A stretch of DNA of 64,000 nucleotides from Arcobacteraceae bacterium (GCA_965224485.1 CBDCZH010000019.1:32001-96000); one strand, 5' to 3'; shown: positions 11,351-21,961, counted from the first letter of the stretch. The notes: a model not told the origin generated them from the letters alone. Numbers and translations are program-made.

Positions 11351-12988
11351 ATGAGTAAAATTGAAGATATCTTACTTCCAGATGTTGGTGGTGAAGAAGT
11401 AGAAATTATCGAAGTTTGTGTTAGCGCAGGTGATGGTATTGAAGAAGATGAAGCAATAATTGTTGTTGAAACAGAAAAAGCTTCTATGGATATTCCAGCT
11501 TCATATGATGGTAAAATAGTAAGTTTAAATGTAAAAGCTGGCGATAAAATTAAAGAAGGTGATCTTATTTGTTCTATGAGCAAAGAAGGTGAAGAAGAAA
11601 CTGTAGTTATTCCTAAAGATGTTGCAGCTCCTGTTGCAGTACAAGTTACGCAAGAAGCGAAAGAAGTTGCAGTTGAAGAAGCTGTAGTTACTGAAGCTTC
11701 AAGCACAGTTACAATAGAAGATATTTTAGTTCCAGATATTGGTGGAGATACTGATGTTGATGTTATTGAAATATTAGCAGAAGTTGGAGAAGTTGTTGAG
11801 TTTGAAGATGGTTTAATTACTTTAGAAACTGATAAAGCAACAATGGACGTTCCAGCTCCTTTTACTGGAAAATTAATTGAAATGATAATTAAACCAGGAG
11901 ATAAGGTATCTGAAGGTACTTTAATCGCTAGAATTGAGAAAACTACTGTAATTGAAGCTAGTACAAGTGTAGTTGCCACTAAAAGTGAAGAAAAAACTCT
12001 TACAGTTGCAACACCTGTACAAGAGAAAAAAATAGTTCAAGAAGTAAGTACAAACTCTGCTGCTTTAAGTGTAAAAGCTAGCAAAGTTTATGCTTCTCCT
12101 TCAATTAGAAGATTAGCACGAGAGTTTGGTGTTGACTTAGGTTTTGTTAAAGGTAGTGGTAGAAAAAACAGAATTTTAAAAGATGATGTAAGAGCTTATG
12201 TAAAAGAAGAGCTATCAAAACCAAGAGGTGCGACGACTAGTGGTTCAGGAATGGGATTTAACTTACCTGCTTTAAAAGAAATTGATTTCTCTAAATTTGG
12301 AGATATTGAAACCTTAGAACTTAGTAAAATTCAAAAAATTTCAGGTCCTTCTTTACATAGAAACTGGGTTTCTATGCCTCATATTACACAATTTGATGAA
12401 GCAGATATAACTGAACTAGAAAAATTTAGAAAAGAGCAAAACTTAATAGCTGATGGTTATAAAATTTCTCCTTTAGTATTTGTTATTAAAGCAGTTGCAA
12501 AAGCTTTAGAGCTTCATCCTAATTTCAATGCTTCTTTAAGCTCTGATGGAAACTCAGTTGTTTTAAAGAAATATTTTAATGTAGCAGTTGCTGTTGATAC
12601 TCCTAATGGTTTAGTAGTTCCAGTTATTAAAGATGTTAATAACAAAGGTTTTAAAGATATTTCTATTGAATTAGCACAACTTTCAAGTAAAGCTAGAGAT
12701 GGTAAACTTAAAATTGATGATATATCTGGTGCTTGTTTTACAATTTCATCTTTAGGTGGAATTGGTGGAACTAAATTTACGCCAATTATAAATGCACCTG
12801 AAGTTGCAATTTTAGGATTATCAAAATCTCAAATTCAGCCTAAGTGGAATGGTGAAACATTTGTACCAAAATTAATGTTACCTTTATCTTTATCATACGA
12901 CCATAGAGTAATTGATGGTGCTGATGGGGCAAGATTTACAACAACTTTATCACGACTATTAGGCGATATTCGTCTTCTAAGTCTTTAA
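11351..12988 (+). CDS. aceF: Dihydrolipoamide acetyltransferase E2 with two lipoyl domains
   Basis: ETEKASMD and ETDKATMD lipoyl-Lys motifs, ASPSIRRLARE binding domain, DHRVIDG catalytic motif. Confidence 0.95.
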   Translation: MSKIEDILLPDVGGEEVEIIEVCVSAGDGIEEDEAIIVVETEKASMDIPASYDGKIVSLNVKAGDKIKEGDLICSMSKEGEEETVVIPKDVAAPVAVQVTQEAKEVAVEEAVVTEASSTVTIEDILVPDIGGDTDVDVIEILAEVGEVVEFEDGLITLETDKATMDVPAPFTGKLIEMIIKPGDKVSEGTLIARIEKTTVIEASTSVVATKSEEKTLTVATPVQEKKIVQEVSTNSAALSVKASKVYASPSIRRLAREFGVDLGFVKGSGRKNRILKDDVRAYVKEELSKPRGATTSGSGMGFNLPALKEIDFSKFGDIETLELSKIQKISGPSLHRNWVSMPHITQFDEADITELEKFRKEQNLIADGYKISPLVFVIKAVAKALELHPNFNASLSSDGNSVVLKKYFNVAVAVDTPNGLVVPVIKDVNNKGFKDISIELAQLSSKARDGKLKIDDISGACFTISSLGGIGGTKFTPIINAPEVAILGLSKSQIQPKWNGETFVPKLMLPLSLSYDHRVIDGADGARFTTTLSRLLGDIRLLSL

Positions 12989-13000
12989 GAGAGGTTTTTA

Positions 13001-14437
13001 ATGAGTAAAGAAATAAAAGCACAAGTAGTAGTAATAGGAGCAGGACCTGGTGGGTACTCTGCTGCTTTTAGATGTGCAGATTTAGGTTTAGATACAGTTT
13101 TAATTGAAAGACACTCTACTTTAGGTGGAGTGTGTTTAAATGTTGGTTGTATTCCTTCAAAAGCACTTTTACATGTTGCTAAAGTAATTGAAGAAGCTGA
13201 GCATATTAATCATGCTGGTATTACATTTGCAAAACCACAGATTGATTTAAGTGGAGTTGCTGCTTATAAATCAGATATTGTAAAAAAATTAACTGATGGT
13301 TTAACTGGAATGGCAATAGCTAGAAATGTTACAGTTATTCAAGGTGTAGCTAATTTTATTGATGCTAATAATATTTTAGTTGACCATACAGATGAAGAAG
13401 GTAAGCAAAGTACAATTTCTTTTGATAATTGTATAATTGCAGCAGGATCACAAAGTTCAAAAATGTCATTTGTTCCACATGAAGATCCTCGAATTTGGGA
13501 TTCAACTAATGCTTTAGAAGTAAAAGAAGTTCCTAAAAGATTACTTGTAATGGGTGGTGGAATTATTGGACTTGAAATGGGAACAGTATATGAAAAACTA
13601 GGAAGCCAAGTAGATGTAGTTGTACGTGGTCCTCAAGTTATGACTGGAACTGATAAAGATATTGTAAAAGTTTATACAAAAGCGAATGAAAATAGATTTA
13701 ATTTTATGTTTAAAACTCAAGCAGATTCTATTGAAGCTAAAGATGATGGAATTCATATTAACTTTGTAGGAAAAAATGCACCAGAAGGTACTCAAGTTTA
13801 TGATGCTGTTTTAGTTGCTATGGGAAGAACACCAAATGGTTTAAAACTAAGTTTAGAAAAAGCTGGTGTTAATGTTGATGAAAAAGGTTTTATTAGCGTT
13901 GATGCTCAATTAAAAACAAATATTCCTAATATTTTTGCTATTGGAGATATTATTGGTCAACCTATGCTTGCACATAAAGCAGTTCATGAGGGTCATGTGG
14001 CTGCTGAAGTTATTGCAGGGCATAAGGTATTTTTTGAACCAAAACAAATTCCAGGTATTGCTTATACTTTTCCAGAAATTGCAACAGCAGGACTTAGTGA
14101 AATTGAAGCTAAAAAAGCTGGTATTAACTATGAAGTATCATCTTTTCCTTGGACTGCTTCAGGACGTGCATTAGCTGCTGATGTATCAGAAAGTGGTATG
14201 ACTAAACTTATATTTAATACAGATACTAAACAATTAATTGGTGGTGCTATTGTTGGAGATAATGCTGGTGAGCTTTTAGGTGAGATTTCACTTGCTTTAG
14301 AAATGGATTGTGATGCTGAAGATATAGCTTTAACTATTCATGCTCATCCAACTTTACATGAATCAATTGGAATGGCTGCTGAAATATTTGAAGGTAGTAT
14401 TACTGATTACCCAAATGCTAAAGCGCTTAAAAAATAG
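13001..14437 (+). CDS. lpdA: Dihydrolipoamide dehydrogenase E3
   Basis: GAGPGGY, GGVCLNVGCIPSK, HAHPTLHE. Confidence 0.95.
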   Translation: MSKEIKAQVVVIGAGPGGYSAAFRCADLGLDTVLIERHSTLGGVCLNVGCIPSKALLHVAKVIEEAEHINHAGITFAKPQIDLSGVAAYKSDIVKKLTDGLTGMAIARNVTVIQGVANFIDANNILVDHTDEEGKQSTISFDNCIIAAGSQSSKMSFVPHEDPRIWDSTNALEVKEVPKRLLVMGGGIIGLEMGTVYEKLGSQVDVVVRGPQVMTGTDKDIVKVYTKANENRFNFMFKTQADSIEAKDDGIHINFVGKNAPEGTQVYDAVLVAMGRTPNGLKLSLEKAGVNVDEKGFISVDAQLKTNIPNIFAIGDIIGQPMLAHKAVHEGHVAAEVIAGHKVFFEPKQIPGIAYTFPEIATAGLSEIEAKKAGINYEVSSFPWTASGRALAADVSESGMTKLIFNTDTKQLIGGAIVGDNAGELLGEISLALEMDCDAEDIALTIHAHPTLHESIGMAAEIFEGSITDYPNAKALKK

Positions 14438-14462
14438 ATTTTATTTATTTATTTTGCATTTG

Positions 14463-14499
14463 AAAAAAGCCTGATACTTTTTTAGTATTGGGCTTTTTT
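14463..14499 (+). terminator. Intrinsic terminator after lpdA
   Basis: AAAAAAGCCTGATACT-TTTT-AGTATTGGGCTTTTTT, stem with G-U pairs and a T tail. Confidence 0.85.
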
Positions 14500-14505
14500 G
14501 GTTTA

Positions 14506-14575
14506 TAAGTTAGTATTTTTTTAGTTAGTAAGTCTGTAAGTTAGTATTTTCTTAGTTTTTAAGTTTTTAAGTTCG
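14506..14575. repeat. Short imperfect direct repeat (31-bp spacing) built from TAAGTTnn-like units
   Basis: TAAGTTAGTATTTTTTTAGTT at 14506 and TAAGTTAGTATTTTCTTAGTT at 14537, plus further TAAGT units. Confidence 0.55.
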
Positions 14576-14606
14576 TACTATTTTAATTTTTACCTTTGTT
14601 CTTTAT

Positions 14607-15707
14607 TTAGAAGTTTTTAATTAAGTCTTCAAAAACATCTTTTAAACCCTCAACTTCTTTAACACTAGTTCTCTCACCTACTGAATGAATAGTATCATTA
14701 ATAACTCCAAATTCAATAGCTTCTATGTTAAATGCACCAAAATATCTAGCATCACTTGTTCCACCTGCTGTTGAGTGTTTAGTTGTAATGTGTAAAACTT
14801 TTTGTATTGATGTCTCCATAGCACATACAACTTTTGATTCTTTATTTGTAACAAAAGGATAAGAGCCTTGAGTAAGTTTTAAAGTATGTTTTGTATCTTT
14901 GAAATTCTTTTCTATAAATTCTTTTATATCTTCTTGTTTCGTATTTGTAGAGTTTCTTACATTAAACATCATATCAAGAGTATCAGGAGTTACATTTGTA
15001 ACTTTTGTTCCACTTCTTATATCTGTAATAATTAACTTGCTTGGTGAAAAATATTCATCCCCATTATCAAAATTATGACCTGCAATATTTTGTAAGATTG
15101 AACTTATTTGATGAATAGGATTAATTGTTTTTTCTGGATAAGCAGCATGTCCTTGTTTTCCTTGTATATGTAAATATCCATTTATACTACCACGACGCCC
15201 TACTTTTATAGCATCTCCAAAAACTTCTTCACAAGTAGGTTCTGCTACAACTGCAAAATCAGGAATAAAATCTATTTGTTTTAAATGCTCTAAGGCTTTA
15301 ATAGTTCCATAAGTACCCTCACCTTCTTCATCAGAAGTCATTAAAATACTTAAAGTTCCATCAAAACTTTTTGCATGTTTACAAGCATATAAAAAAGCGG
15401 CCAAACCACTTTTCATATCTTGTGCCCCACGTGCTGTTATAATTCCATCTATTATATTTGCCTCATATGGATCAACATCCCAACCCTTACCTTCAGGCAC
15501 TACATCTATATGTCCTGCAAAACATAAGTGCTGTTTTGTATTAGAAAATTTTTTATAATAAAATCTATTTTTAGTATCTTCTTTATCAATATTAATACAA
15601 GTCCAATCTTTGCCTAAATATGTTTCTATAAAATCAAAAGCTCCTGCATCAGAAGGAGTTATAGATTTAAATCGTAATAGTTTTTGAAAAAGCTCAATTA
15701 TTGTCAT
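14607..15707 (-). CDS. dapE: Succinyl-diaminopimelate desuccinylase
   Basis: FAGHIDVVP, RGAQDMKS, SDEEG, GRRGS, GGTSDARY. Confidence 0.93.
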   Translation of the reverse strand: MTIIELFQKLLRFKSITPSDAGAFDFIETYLGKDWTCINIDKEDTKNRFYYKKFSNTKQHLCFAGHIDVVPEGKGWDVDPYEANIIDGIITARGAQDMKSGLAAFLYACKHAKSFDGTLSILMTSDEEGEGTYGTIKALEHLKQIDFIPDFAVVAEPTCEEVFGDAIKVGRRGSINGYLHIQGKQGHAAYPEKTINPIHQISSILQNIAGHNFDNGDEYFSPSKLIITDIRSGTKVTNVTPDTLDMMFNVRNSTNTKQEDIKEFIEKNFKDTKHTLKLTQGSYPFVTNKESKVVCAMETSIQKVLHITTKHSTAGGTSDARYFGAFNIEAIEFGVINDTIHSVGERTSVKEVEGLKDVFEDLIKNF

Positions 15708-15758
15708 TACTTATCCTAGTTCTTTAATAAAATAATTGTATCAAAATAATAGTAATTT

Positions 15759-15767
15759 TGTTATAAT
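15759..15767 (+). promoter_or_regulatory. Extended -10 promoter element
   Basis: TGTTATAAT upstream of the AAAGG RBS and the ATG at 15795. Confidence 0.5.
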
Positions 15768-15794
15768 AAAACACTAATAATAAAAAGGTTTTTA

Positions 15795-18665
15795 ATGAAG
15801 TTATCTAAGCTCATTCGTATTTTAGCTAGTATTATTGTTGCATATACAGTACTTGGTTTCTTTTTGATTCCTTTAGTATTACAAATAAAAACTCCCACTC
15901 TTATAAATGAAAGAATAAATAATAAAATAGCCATGTCTAAGATCTCTTTTAATCCTTATACTCTTAAATTAAAGATTTTTGATATTAATATACATAATGA
16001 AAAAGAATCACTTATTTATGTAAAAAGAGTAATAATTAATTTTTCCTTATTTAAGTCTTTACATGAGCAACATATAAGTTTTGAAGAAATTAAAATAATT
16101 GAACCCTCTTTTAATATAATACAAAATAAACAAAAAGAGATTAATATCTTATCTTTATTAAAAATTACTAAAGATGTTCAAAATGAAAAAGAGAGCGATA
16201 AAACAGATATATTTCCTTTTAAAATCACAAAAACAAGTATTATAAATGCAGATTTTAAGTTTACTAATTTTGTAAATGACAAAAAAGAGATTCTTAGTTT
16301 AAATAAATTAAATTATACTTTTTACGAGCTTGGAACATATAAAAATTCTTTAGCATCTCATAGTTTATCTACAATGATAAATAAAGATACAAAGTTAAAA
16401 ATAGATGGTGGTTTTAATTTAAACCCTTTTAGAATATATGGACAAGTAGCTATAAAAGATCTTAAACCAAGAGAGTTTATAGGTTTAAGCAAAGAAAAAA
16501 TAGATTTTGATATTTCAAATACTGCAATGGATTTAAAATTTGGATATGAATTAGATTTAAGAGAAGAATTAAAACTTAGTATCAATAATGCAAATATTCA
16601 TATACGTGATTTTTCAGCCTTTTTAAAAAAGAAAGAAATAATATCTTTTAAAACTTTTGATATAAAAAACTTAAATATTAAATATCCAGAACAAACTATA
16701 AGTATAGATGAAATAATTTTAGATAATGCAGTTCTAGTTATAGAAAAGAACAAAGATAAACTTTTAAATTTACAAGAATTATTCAAAGAAAATAAAAAGT
16801 CAAAAAAAGATGTAAAAGAAGCTCCCTTAAAAGAAGATTTTTCTTGGAAAATAAATATAAAAGATATAAAACTTAATAATAATAATATTACATACAATGA
16901 TTTAGTTAATAAATCATTTCTATCTTTAAAAAACTTAAATATGAAACTCCAAGATAGTTCATTTTTTAACAATACTTTTAAATTGAAAAATTTTGAGATA
17001 AATAATAAAAGTATTTATTTTAAGAATAAAAATAATACTATTAAAAGTAAAACTCTTAATCTAAGTATAAATGATTTAATCAATAAAAATGATACTCTTG
17101 AAGTAAAAAAAATTATTTTAGAAAATAGCGAACTTATATTTCAAGATAAACTAAATAAAACAGATATTAAATCTTCAAAAATAAAAGTTAATATTTTTGA
17201 TATACAAAAAGGTAAAAATAGTATAAGTGTAAAAAAAGTTAACTTTAGAAATAAAATTTTAGATGTTAAAATAAATGATAAAGAACTAAATATTTTAAGT
17301 AAAAATTTAAATGTTTTTATTAATAAAATATCTTATAAAAACCAATATCTAAAAATTGATAATTCATATATTTTAAAACCTTATGCCAAAATAATACTTG
17401 CAAAACAAGATAAAACACCTATATCAAAGGAAAAATTTAAGAAAAAAGGAAAAGCTTCTAGTTCTTTTTCTTTTGATATAGGGCCTTTAAAAATCAAAGA
17501 TGCAAGCTTTATTTTTGAAGATCATAATCTTTTAATACCATTTAAAACAAATATTACAAAAGTCCAAGGAAGTTTGAGTGAAATTTCATCTTTATCATCA
17601 AGACCAACAAAGATAAAAATGCAAGGAGAAGTTGACAAATATGGATATACAAATATTACTGGTTTCTTAGAATATAAAGATATAAAAGAATTAGTAAATA
17701 TGAATTTAATATTTAAAAACTTATCAATTAAAAACTTAAACCCCTACTCTTCTGAGTTTATTGGAAGAGAAATTTTAGATGGGAAATTATCCCTAGATTT
17801 AAAATATAATATAAAAAAATCAAATCTTGATGCCAAAAATTCTATTTTAATATCTAAAATAAAACTTGGAAAAAAGATTAAAAGTGAAAAAGCTTCTTCT
17901 TTACCTCTTGATTTAGGAATAGCTTTATTAGAAGACTCACAAGGTATAATTGATTTAAATTTACATATTGATGGTAATTTAGAAGATCCTAACTTCTCAC
18001 TTGGACCAATAGTATGGAAAGTTTTTACAAACCTTATAATTAATGCAGTTACCTCTCCTTTTTCTTTTTTAGCCTCTTTAATTGGTCTAGAAGGCGATGA
18101 TTTGAAAAATACTAGCTTTTTATATGGTCAAAGTATTATTCTTCCATATACAAAAGAAAAATTAGATTCTTTAAGTAAAATATTTAGAAAAAGACCAAAT
18201 ATTGTTTTATTAATTACTGCTTCTTATGATGCAAACAAAGATACTTATGCCTTAAAAAAAGAAAAATTTGAAAGTTTTTTAGATAAAGAACTTAAAAAAT
18301 CAAAGGCAAAAGATAGATATAAAGAAGTATTAGAAAATTTATATGAAGAAAATTTTGAAAATATTAAAGAAATAAGAGCTAAACATACAAAACAATATAA
18401 ACTAGATATAGAAGCTTATTTATTACAGCTAAAACTAGCTTTAATTCCTAAAGAAAAGATAGCTATAAAAACGCTTGAGAATCTAGCAAATATGAGAGTA
18501 AATAATATAATTAGCTATCTTAATGATAAAGGTGTTCAGAATAGAAGACTTATAAAAGAAGATAAAATTAAAATAATAACAGAAAAAAATCCTTTAAAAG
18601 AACTTCTTATTGATTTTGATATTGATATATTAAGTGATGAGAAACAAACAAATAAGTACTTATAA
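15795..18665 (+). CDS. DUF748-family (AsmA-like) envelope protein
   Basis: N-terminal membrane anchor with YTVLGFFLIP, then FNPYTL; C-terminal LPLDLGIALLED...IDLNL...GNLEDPNFS...VTSPFSFL. Confidence 0.8.
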   Translation: MKLSKLIRILASIIVAYTVLGFFLIPLVLQIKTPTLINERINNKIAMSKISFNPYTLKLKIFDINIHNEKESLIYVKRVIINFSLFKSLHEQHISFEEIKIIEPSFNIIQNKQKEINILSLLKITKDVQNEKESDKTDIFPFKITKTSIINADFKFTNFVNDKKEILSLNKLNYTFYELGTYKNSLASHSLSTMINKDTKLKIDGGFNLNPFRIYGQVAIKDLKPREFIGLSKEKIDFDISNTAMDLKFGYELDLREELKLSINNANIHIRDFSAFLKKKEIISFKTFDIKNLNIKYPEQTISIDEIILDNAVLVIEKNKDKLLNLQELFKENKKSKKDVKEAPLKEDFSWKINIKDIKLNNNNITYNDLVNKSFLSLKNLNMKLQDSSFFNNTFKLKNFEINNKSIYFKNKNNTIKSKTLNLSINDLINKNDTLEVKKIILENSELIFQDKLNKTDIKSSKIKVNIFDIQKGKNSISVKKVNFRNKILDVKINDKELNILSKNLNVFINKISYKNQYLKIDNSYILKPYAKIILAKQDKTPISKEKFKKKGKASSSFSFDIGPLKIKDASFIFEDHNLLIPFKTNITKVQGSLSEISSLSSRPTKIKMQGEVDKYGYTNITGFLEYKDIKELVNMNLIFKNLSIKNLNPYSSEFIGREILDGKLSLDLKYNIKKSNLDAKNSILISKIKLGKKIKSEKASSLPLDLGIALLEDSQGIIDLNLHIDGNLEDPNFSLGPIVWKVFTNLIINAVTSPFSFLASLIGLEGDDLKNTSFLYGQSIILPYTKEKLDSLSKIFRKRPNIVLLITASYDANKDTYALKKEKFESFLDKELKKSKAKDRYKEVLENLYEENFENIKEIRAKHTKQYKLDIEAYLLQLKLALIPKEKIAIKTLENLANMRVNNIISYLNDKGVQNRRLIKEDKIKIITEKNPLKELLIDFDIDILSDEKQTNKYL

Positions 18666-18673
18666 TTAAGTAC

Positions 18674-20875
18674 TTATAGTTTGATTATCTTAGCTCCAAA
18701 GCCACCTTGGGCTGCGTGAGCGTCACTATACGAAACAACACTTCTATGCTCATCTAAAAACTTTTTAACTGCATAAGCTAATTTTCCTGTTCCAATACCA
18801 TGGTAAACTAAAATTTCATCAAAACCTGCAATTAAAGAATCTGAAATAAACTTATCTAAATTATCAATAGCCTCATCTGATCTTTGTCCATGCAAGTCTA
18901 AATTAACATGACCAGAACTAGGTTTTGCTACACTAATGGTAACTCTTTTTTTGATTTTTGGTTTAATTTCATTTCCACTTCTTTTAAGATCACTTAATAA
19001 AACTTGTAATCTCATTCCACCATCTGTTTGAATAAAAGCTTTCTTACCTTTAATTGATAAAATTTCACCCTTGGAACTTTGATATTTAATTCTATCATTT
19101 CTTTTAAAAACAATCTCTTCTTGCACTTTAGAAACACTTATATCTTTAACTTTTTTATGTGCAAAATTTAGATGTTGATGTGATTCCTGAATTATTTTAG
19201 CCTTAATAGCTTTTTTTGCCTCACTTGTTGCATCTTTATACTCTCTGTGAAGTTTTGATTGCTCATTATATATTAAAGAGTCTAAACTATCTTTTTGGTC
19301 TCTTAAACCATGATTTAATTTATCATGCTCTTGTATTTTTTCATCTAAAAGTGCAATTTTTGTTTGATATTCTTGCTCTAACTTACTAGAACGCTCAATT
19401 AATTCATTTAACTTATCTTTATCTTCACCATATACTTCTTTTGCAAGTTTAATAACATTTTGAGGAATTCCATACCTAGATGCTGTTTCAAAAGCATATG
19501 ATTTTCCAATAGTTCCTTGCATGAAATCATAAGTTGGAACTCTATTTTTTTCATCATACAAAGCAGCTATTAGCTCAACTTCACTATTAGCAGCCATTAA
19601 AGCAGCCAATCTTTTATGATGTGTAGTTATAATCACTTTTATGTCTTTTTTAATTAACTCTTCTATAATTACTTTAAATAAAGAAGCAGCTTCATCACTA
19701 TCTGTTCCTAGTTCAATTTCATCAACTCCAACTATTACATTTTTTTTTGTAAAAAGTTTTGAGAATTCAACCATCCTACCAGCAAAAGTAGAAATATCAT
19801 TTTTAACACTTTGAGGATCATCTAAAACTGCTACAATATTTTTAAAATAAGCAATTGAAGAGTTTTTATCTGCCTTATAAGGAATTAAATACTTAGATAA
19901 TAAAACAGCAGATAAAACTGATTTTAACATCATAGTTTTTCCTCCTGCATTTACTCCTGTAATCATAATAACGGCTTTTGAAAAATCAACTGTTATTGCT
20001 TTTGCTTTATGCAAAGCTGGATGTTCAAAATCTATTAATTTATTATTTGCATTTTTATTAGGAATTATAAAATTTCTATCATCTATTTTTGCAAAAAATA
20101 GTCTTGCTTGATAGTGATCAAACCTATCAAATTCTTTATTTATATACTTTAAAAACATTAAACTTTTTTCAAAAACACCTGAAATACTTTTACATAATTT
20201 TAAAACTATTTCTTCTTGTTTATTTATCAAATCACTTTGTTTTTGCTTTAAATCATTTACACTATGAGGTAAAACATAAAAAAAGCCAGAGTTTGATCTG
20301 TTTATTACTTTTGCTTTTAAAACATGGTTAAAACCGCTACGTACTAGTAAAGTTTCTTCTGAATTAACTAAATGTACTTGCATATCTACTAAATAAGATC
20401 TAAGTTTTGAGCTATTTACAACCCTGTAAAGTGCTTGTTTTATAGACTCTTTATTTGAATAAATTGCATTTTTTATTAAATCTAAATCTTGATCGATTCC
20501 ACTTTCTAACTCACCTTTAGAGCTAAAAAAACTATTAAAGTTTTCTAATTCAGAAGGAATTATAATTTTATCAAACCATTCTTGAAGTTTTCCCTCAAAA
20601 GGAAACTTTTTTAAGTATATAAAATATCTAATAATTTTAATAATTTCAAAAATATCATCAAGTTTTAAAATACCTTGTTTTTGTAAGTGCATTAAAACAT
20701 TATCTAAATTTATTAACTTAGGTGGTTCTTTAAATGTATACTTATCTAAATCAGATATTAATTTAAAATGCAAATTAATATCTCCTTCTAGTATCATATC
20801 TTTTTGTCTTGCAAAAAGTTTTTCAAAACTTATTATATAATCTTCTAAATCTAATTTTTTAAATATTTCTTGCAT
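18674..20875 (-). CDS. mutS2: Endonuclease MutS2
   Basis: TGVNAGGKT, STFAGRM, DEIELGTD, C-terminal Smr domain LDLHG...HGIGTG. Confidence 0.93.
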   Translation of the reverse strand: MQEIFKKLDLEDYIISFEKLFARQKDMILEGDINLHFKLISDLDKYTFKEPPKLINLDNVLMHLQKQGILKLDDIFEIIKIIRYFIYLKKFPFEGKLQEWFDKIIIPSELENFNSFFSSKGELESGIDQDLDLIKNAIYSNKESIKQALYRVVNSSKLRSYLVDMQVHLVNSEETLLVRSGFNHVLKAKVINRSNSGFFYVLPHSVNDLKQKQSDLINKQEEIVLKLCKSISGVFEKSLMFLKYINKEFDRFDHYQARLFFAKIDDRNFIIPNKNANNKLIDFEHPALHKAKAITVDFSKAVIMITGVNAGGKTMMLKSVLSAVLLSKYLIPYKADKNSSIAYFKNIVAVLDDPQSVKNDISTFAGRMVEFSKLFTKKNVIVGVDEIELGTDSDEAASLFKVIIEELIKKDIKVIITTHHKRLAALMAANSEVELIAALYDEKNRVPTYDFMQGTIGKSYAFETASRYGIPQNVIKLAKEVYGEDKDKLNELIERSSKLEQEYQTKIALLDEKIQEHDKLNHGLRDQKDSLDSLIYNEQSKLHREYKDATSEAKKAIKAKIIQESHQHLNFAHKKVKDISVSKVQEEIVFKRNDRIKYQSSKGEILSIKGKKAFIQTDGGMRLQVLLSDLKRSGNEIKPKIKKRVTISVAKPSSGHVNLDLHGQRSDEAIDNLDKFISDSLIAGFDEILVYHGIGTGKLAYAVKKFLDEHRSVVSYSDAHAAQGGFGAKIIKL

Positions 20876-20880
20876 AAAAT

Positions 20881-21420
20881 TTACTTAACCTTTGGTCTAA
20901 ATACTTTAATATTTTCTTCATTACAAACTAAAAAAGGAGCATTCATTAAATCTAAACAATAAGGAATAGCAGGAAAAACTGCATCTAAACACTCTTTTAT
21001 TGATTTTGGTTTTCCAGGAAGATTAAGAATTAAAGATGAGTCTCTTAAACCAGCCGTTTGACGTGAAAGAATTGCTGTTGGAACAAATTTTAAACTAACA
21101 GCTCTCATAAGTTCACCAAAACCTGGCATCATTCTATCACATACAGCTTCTGTTGCTTCTGGAGTTACGTCTCTTTTAGCAGGACCCGTTCCGCCTGTTG
21201 TTATTACAAGTGAGCATTTTTCATTATCTACTAAATCAATCATAGCAGCTTCAATTGTACTTTGATCATCTTCAATACATCTATAAACAGGTTCCCAAGC
21301 AGATGTGATATATAAATTTAACGTATCAATAATAGCCTTACCAGATAAATCTTCATAAATACCCTTACTAGCTCTATCACTAGCTGTTATAATACCGATT
21401 TTTGCAATACTTTCACTCAT
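20881..21420 (-). CDS. mog: Molybdopterin adenylyltransferase
   Basis: SDRAS, TTGGTGPAKRDVTPEAT, NLPGKPKSI. Confidence 0.93.
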   Translation of the reverse strand: MSESIAKIGIITASDRASKGIYEDLSGKAIIDTLNLYITSAWEPVYRCIEDDQSTIEAAMIDLVDNEKCSLVITTGGTGPAKRDVTPEATEAVCDRMMPGFGELMRAVSLKFVPTAILSRQTAGLRDSSLILNLPGKPKSIKECLDAVFPAIPYCLDLMNAPFLVCNEENIKVFRPKVK

Positions 21421-21442
21421 TTTTTTCCTTTTATTTTCTTAC

Positions 21443-21961
21443 TTACTGTAAAATATGTCCAACATTTTTAATATAATACACACTAGCATACTTCTTAAAA
21501 AAATCACTGCTTTTACTAATATCAATTATTTTATCATCAGAACCCAAATAGACTTCTATTTTTGTTCCTTTTTTTATAAGTTTTTCTAAATCTTCTTTTT
21601 TCCATACATAAGATAATAAATGATCAAGTTCTTCATACGCTCCTTGGGTGAAATACTTTTCCACCTTTGTATCACTAGGATAACTTATGTTTTTTAAAAA
21701 CTCTTTTGTATATGATATTTTATCTTTTTTAAAAAACATCAACTGCATTCGTAAAAACTTTTTTTCTTGTATTTGAAAAAAAGCTGGAGAGAAAAGCTGT
21801 AATAAATCTACTCGTTTATTTGTAGTAAGAGCTTCTTGGAATGCTTTAATAGCACCATAAGAAAAACCAGCAAGAGTAAAGTCATTTTTAATTGCATAAT
21901 TTTTAAAAAGTTCTTCTTCATTTTGAAGAGAAAAACCAGAATAAAACTTAGAGCTCATCAA
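21443..21961 (-). CDS. bioV: Pimeloyl-ACP methyl ester esterase, BioV-like alpha/beta hydrolase
   Basis: FYSGFSL, GFSYGA nucleophile elbow, D..I...GH; position between the FtsH-like gene and mog. Confidence 0.7.
   Translation of the reverse strand: MMSSKFYSGFSLQNEEELFKNYAIKNDFTLAGFSYGAIKAFQEALTTNKRVDLLQLFSPAFFQIQEKKFLRMQLMFFKKDKISYTKEFLKNISYPSDTKVEKYFTQGAYEELDHLLSYVWKKEDLEKLIKKGTKIEVYLGSDDKIIDISKSSDFFKKYASVYYIKNVGHILQ

Noticed and set aside
11089..11979. 296-aa minus-strand ORF
   Set aside because: Antisense shadow of aceE/aceF; its Ser/Thr/Ile-rich composition follows from the codon bias of the sense gene.
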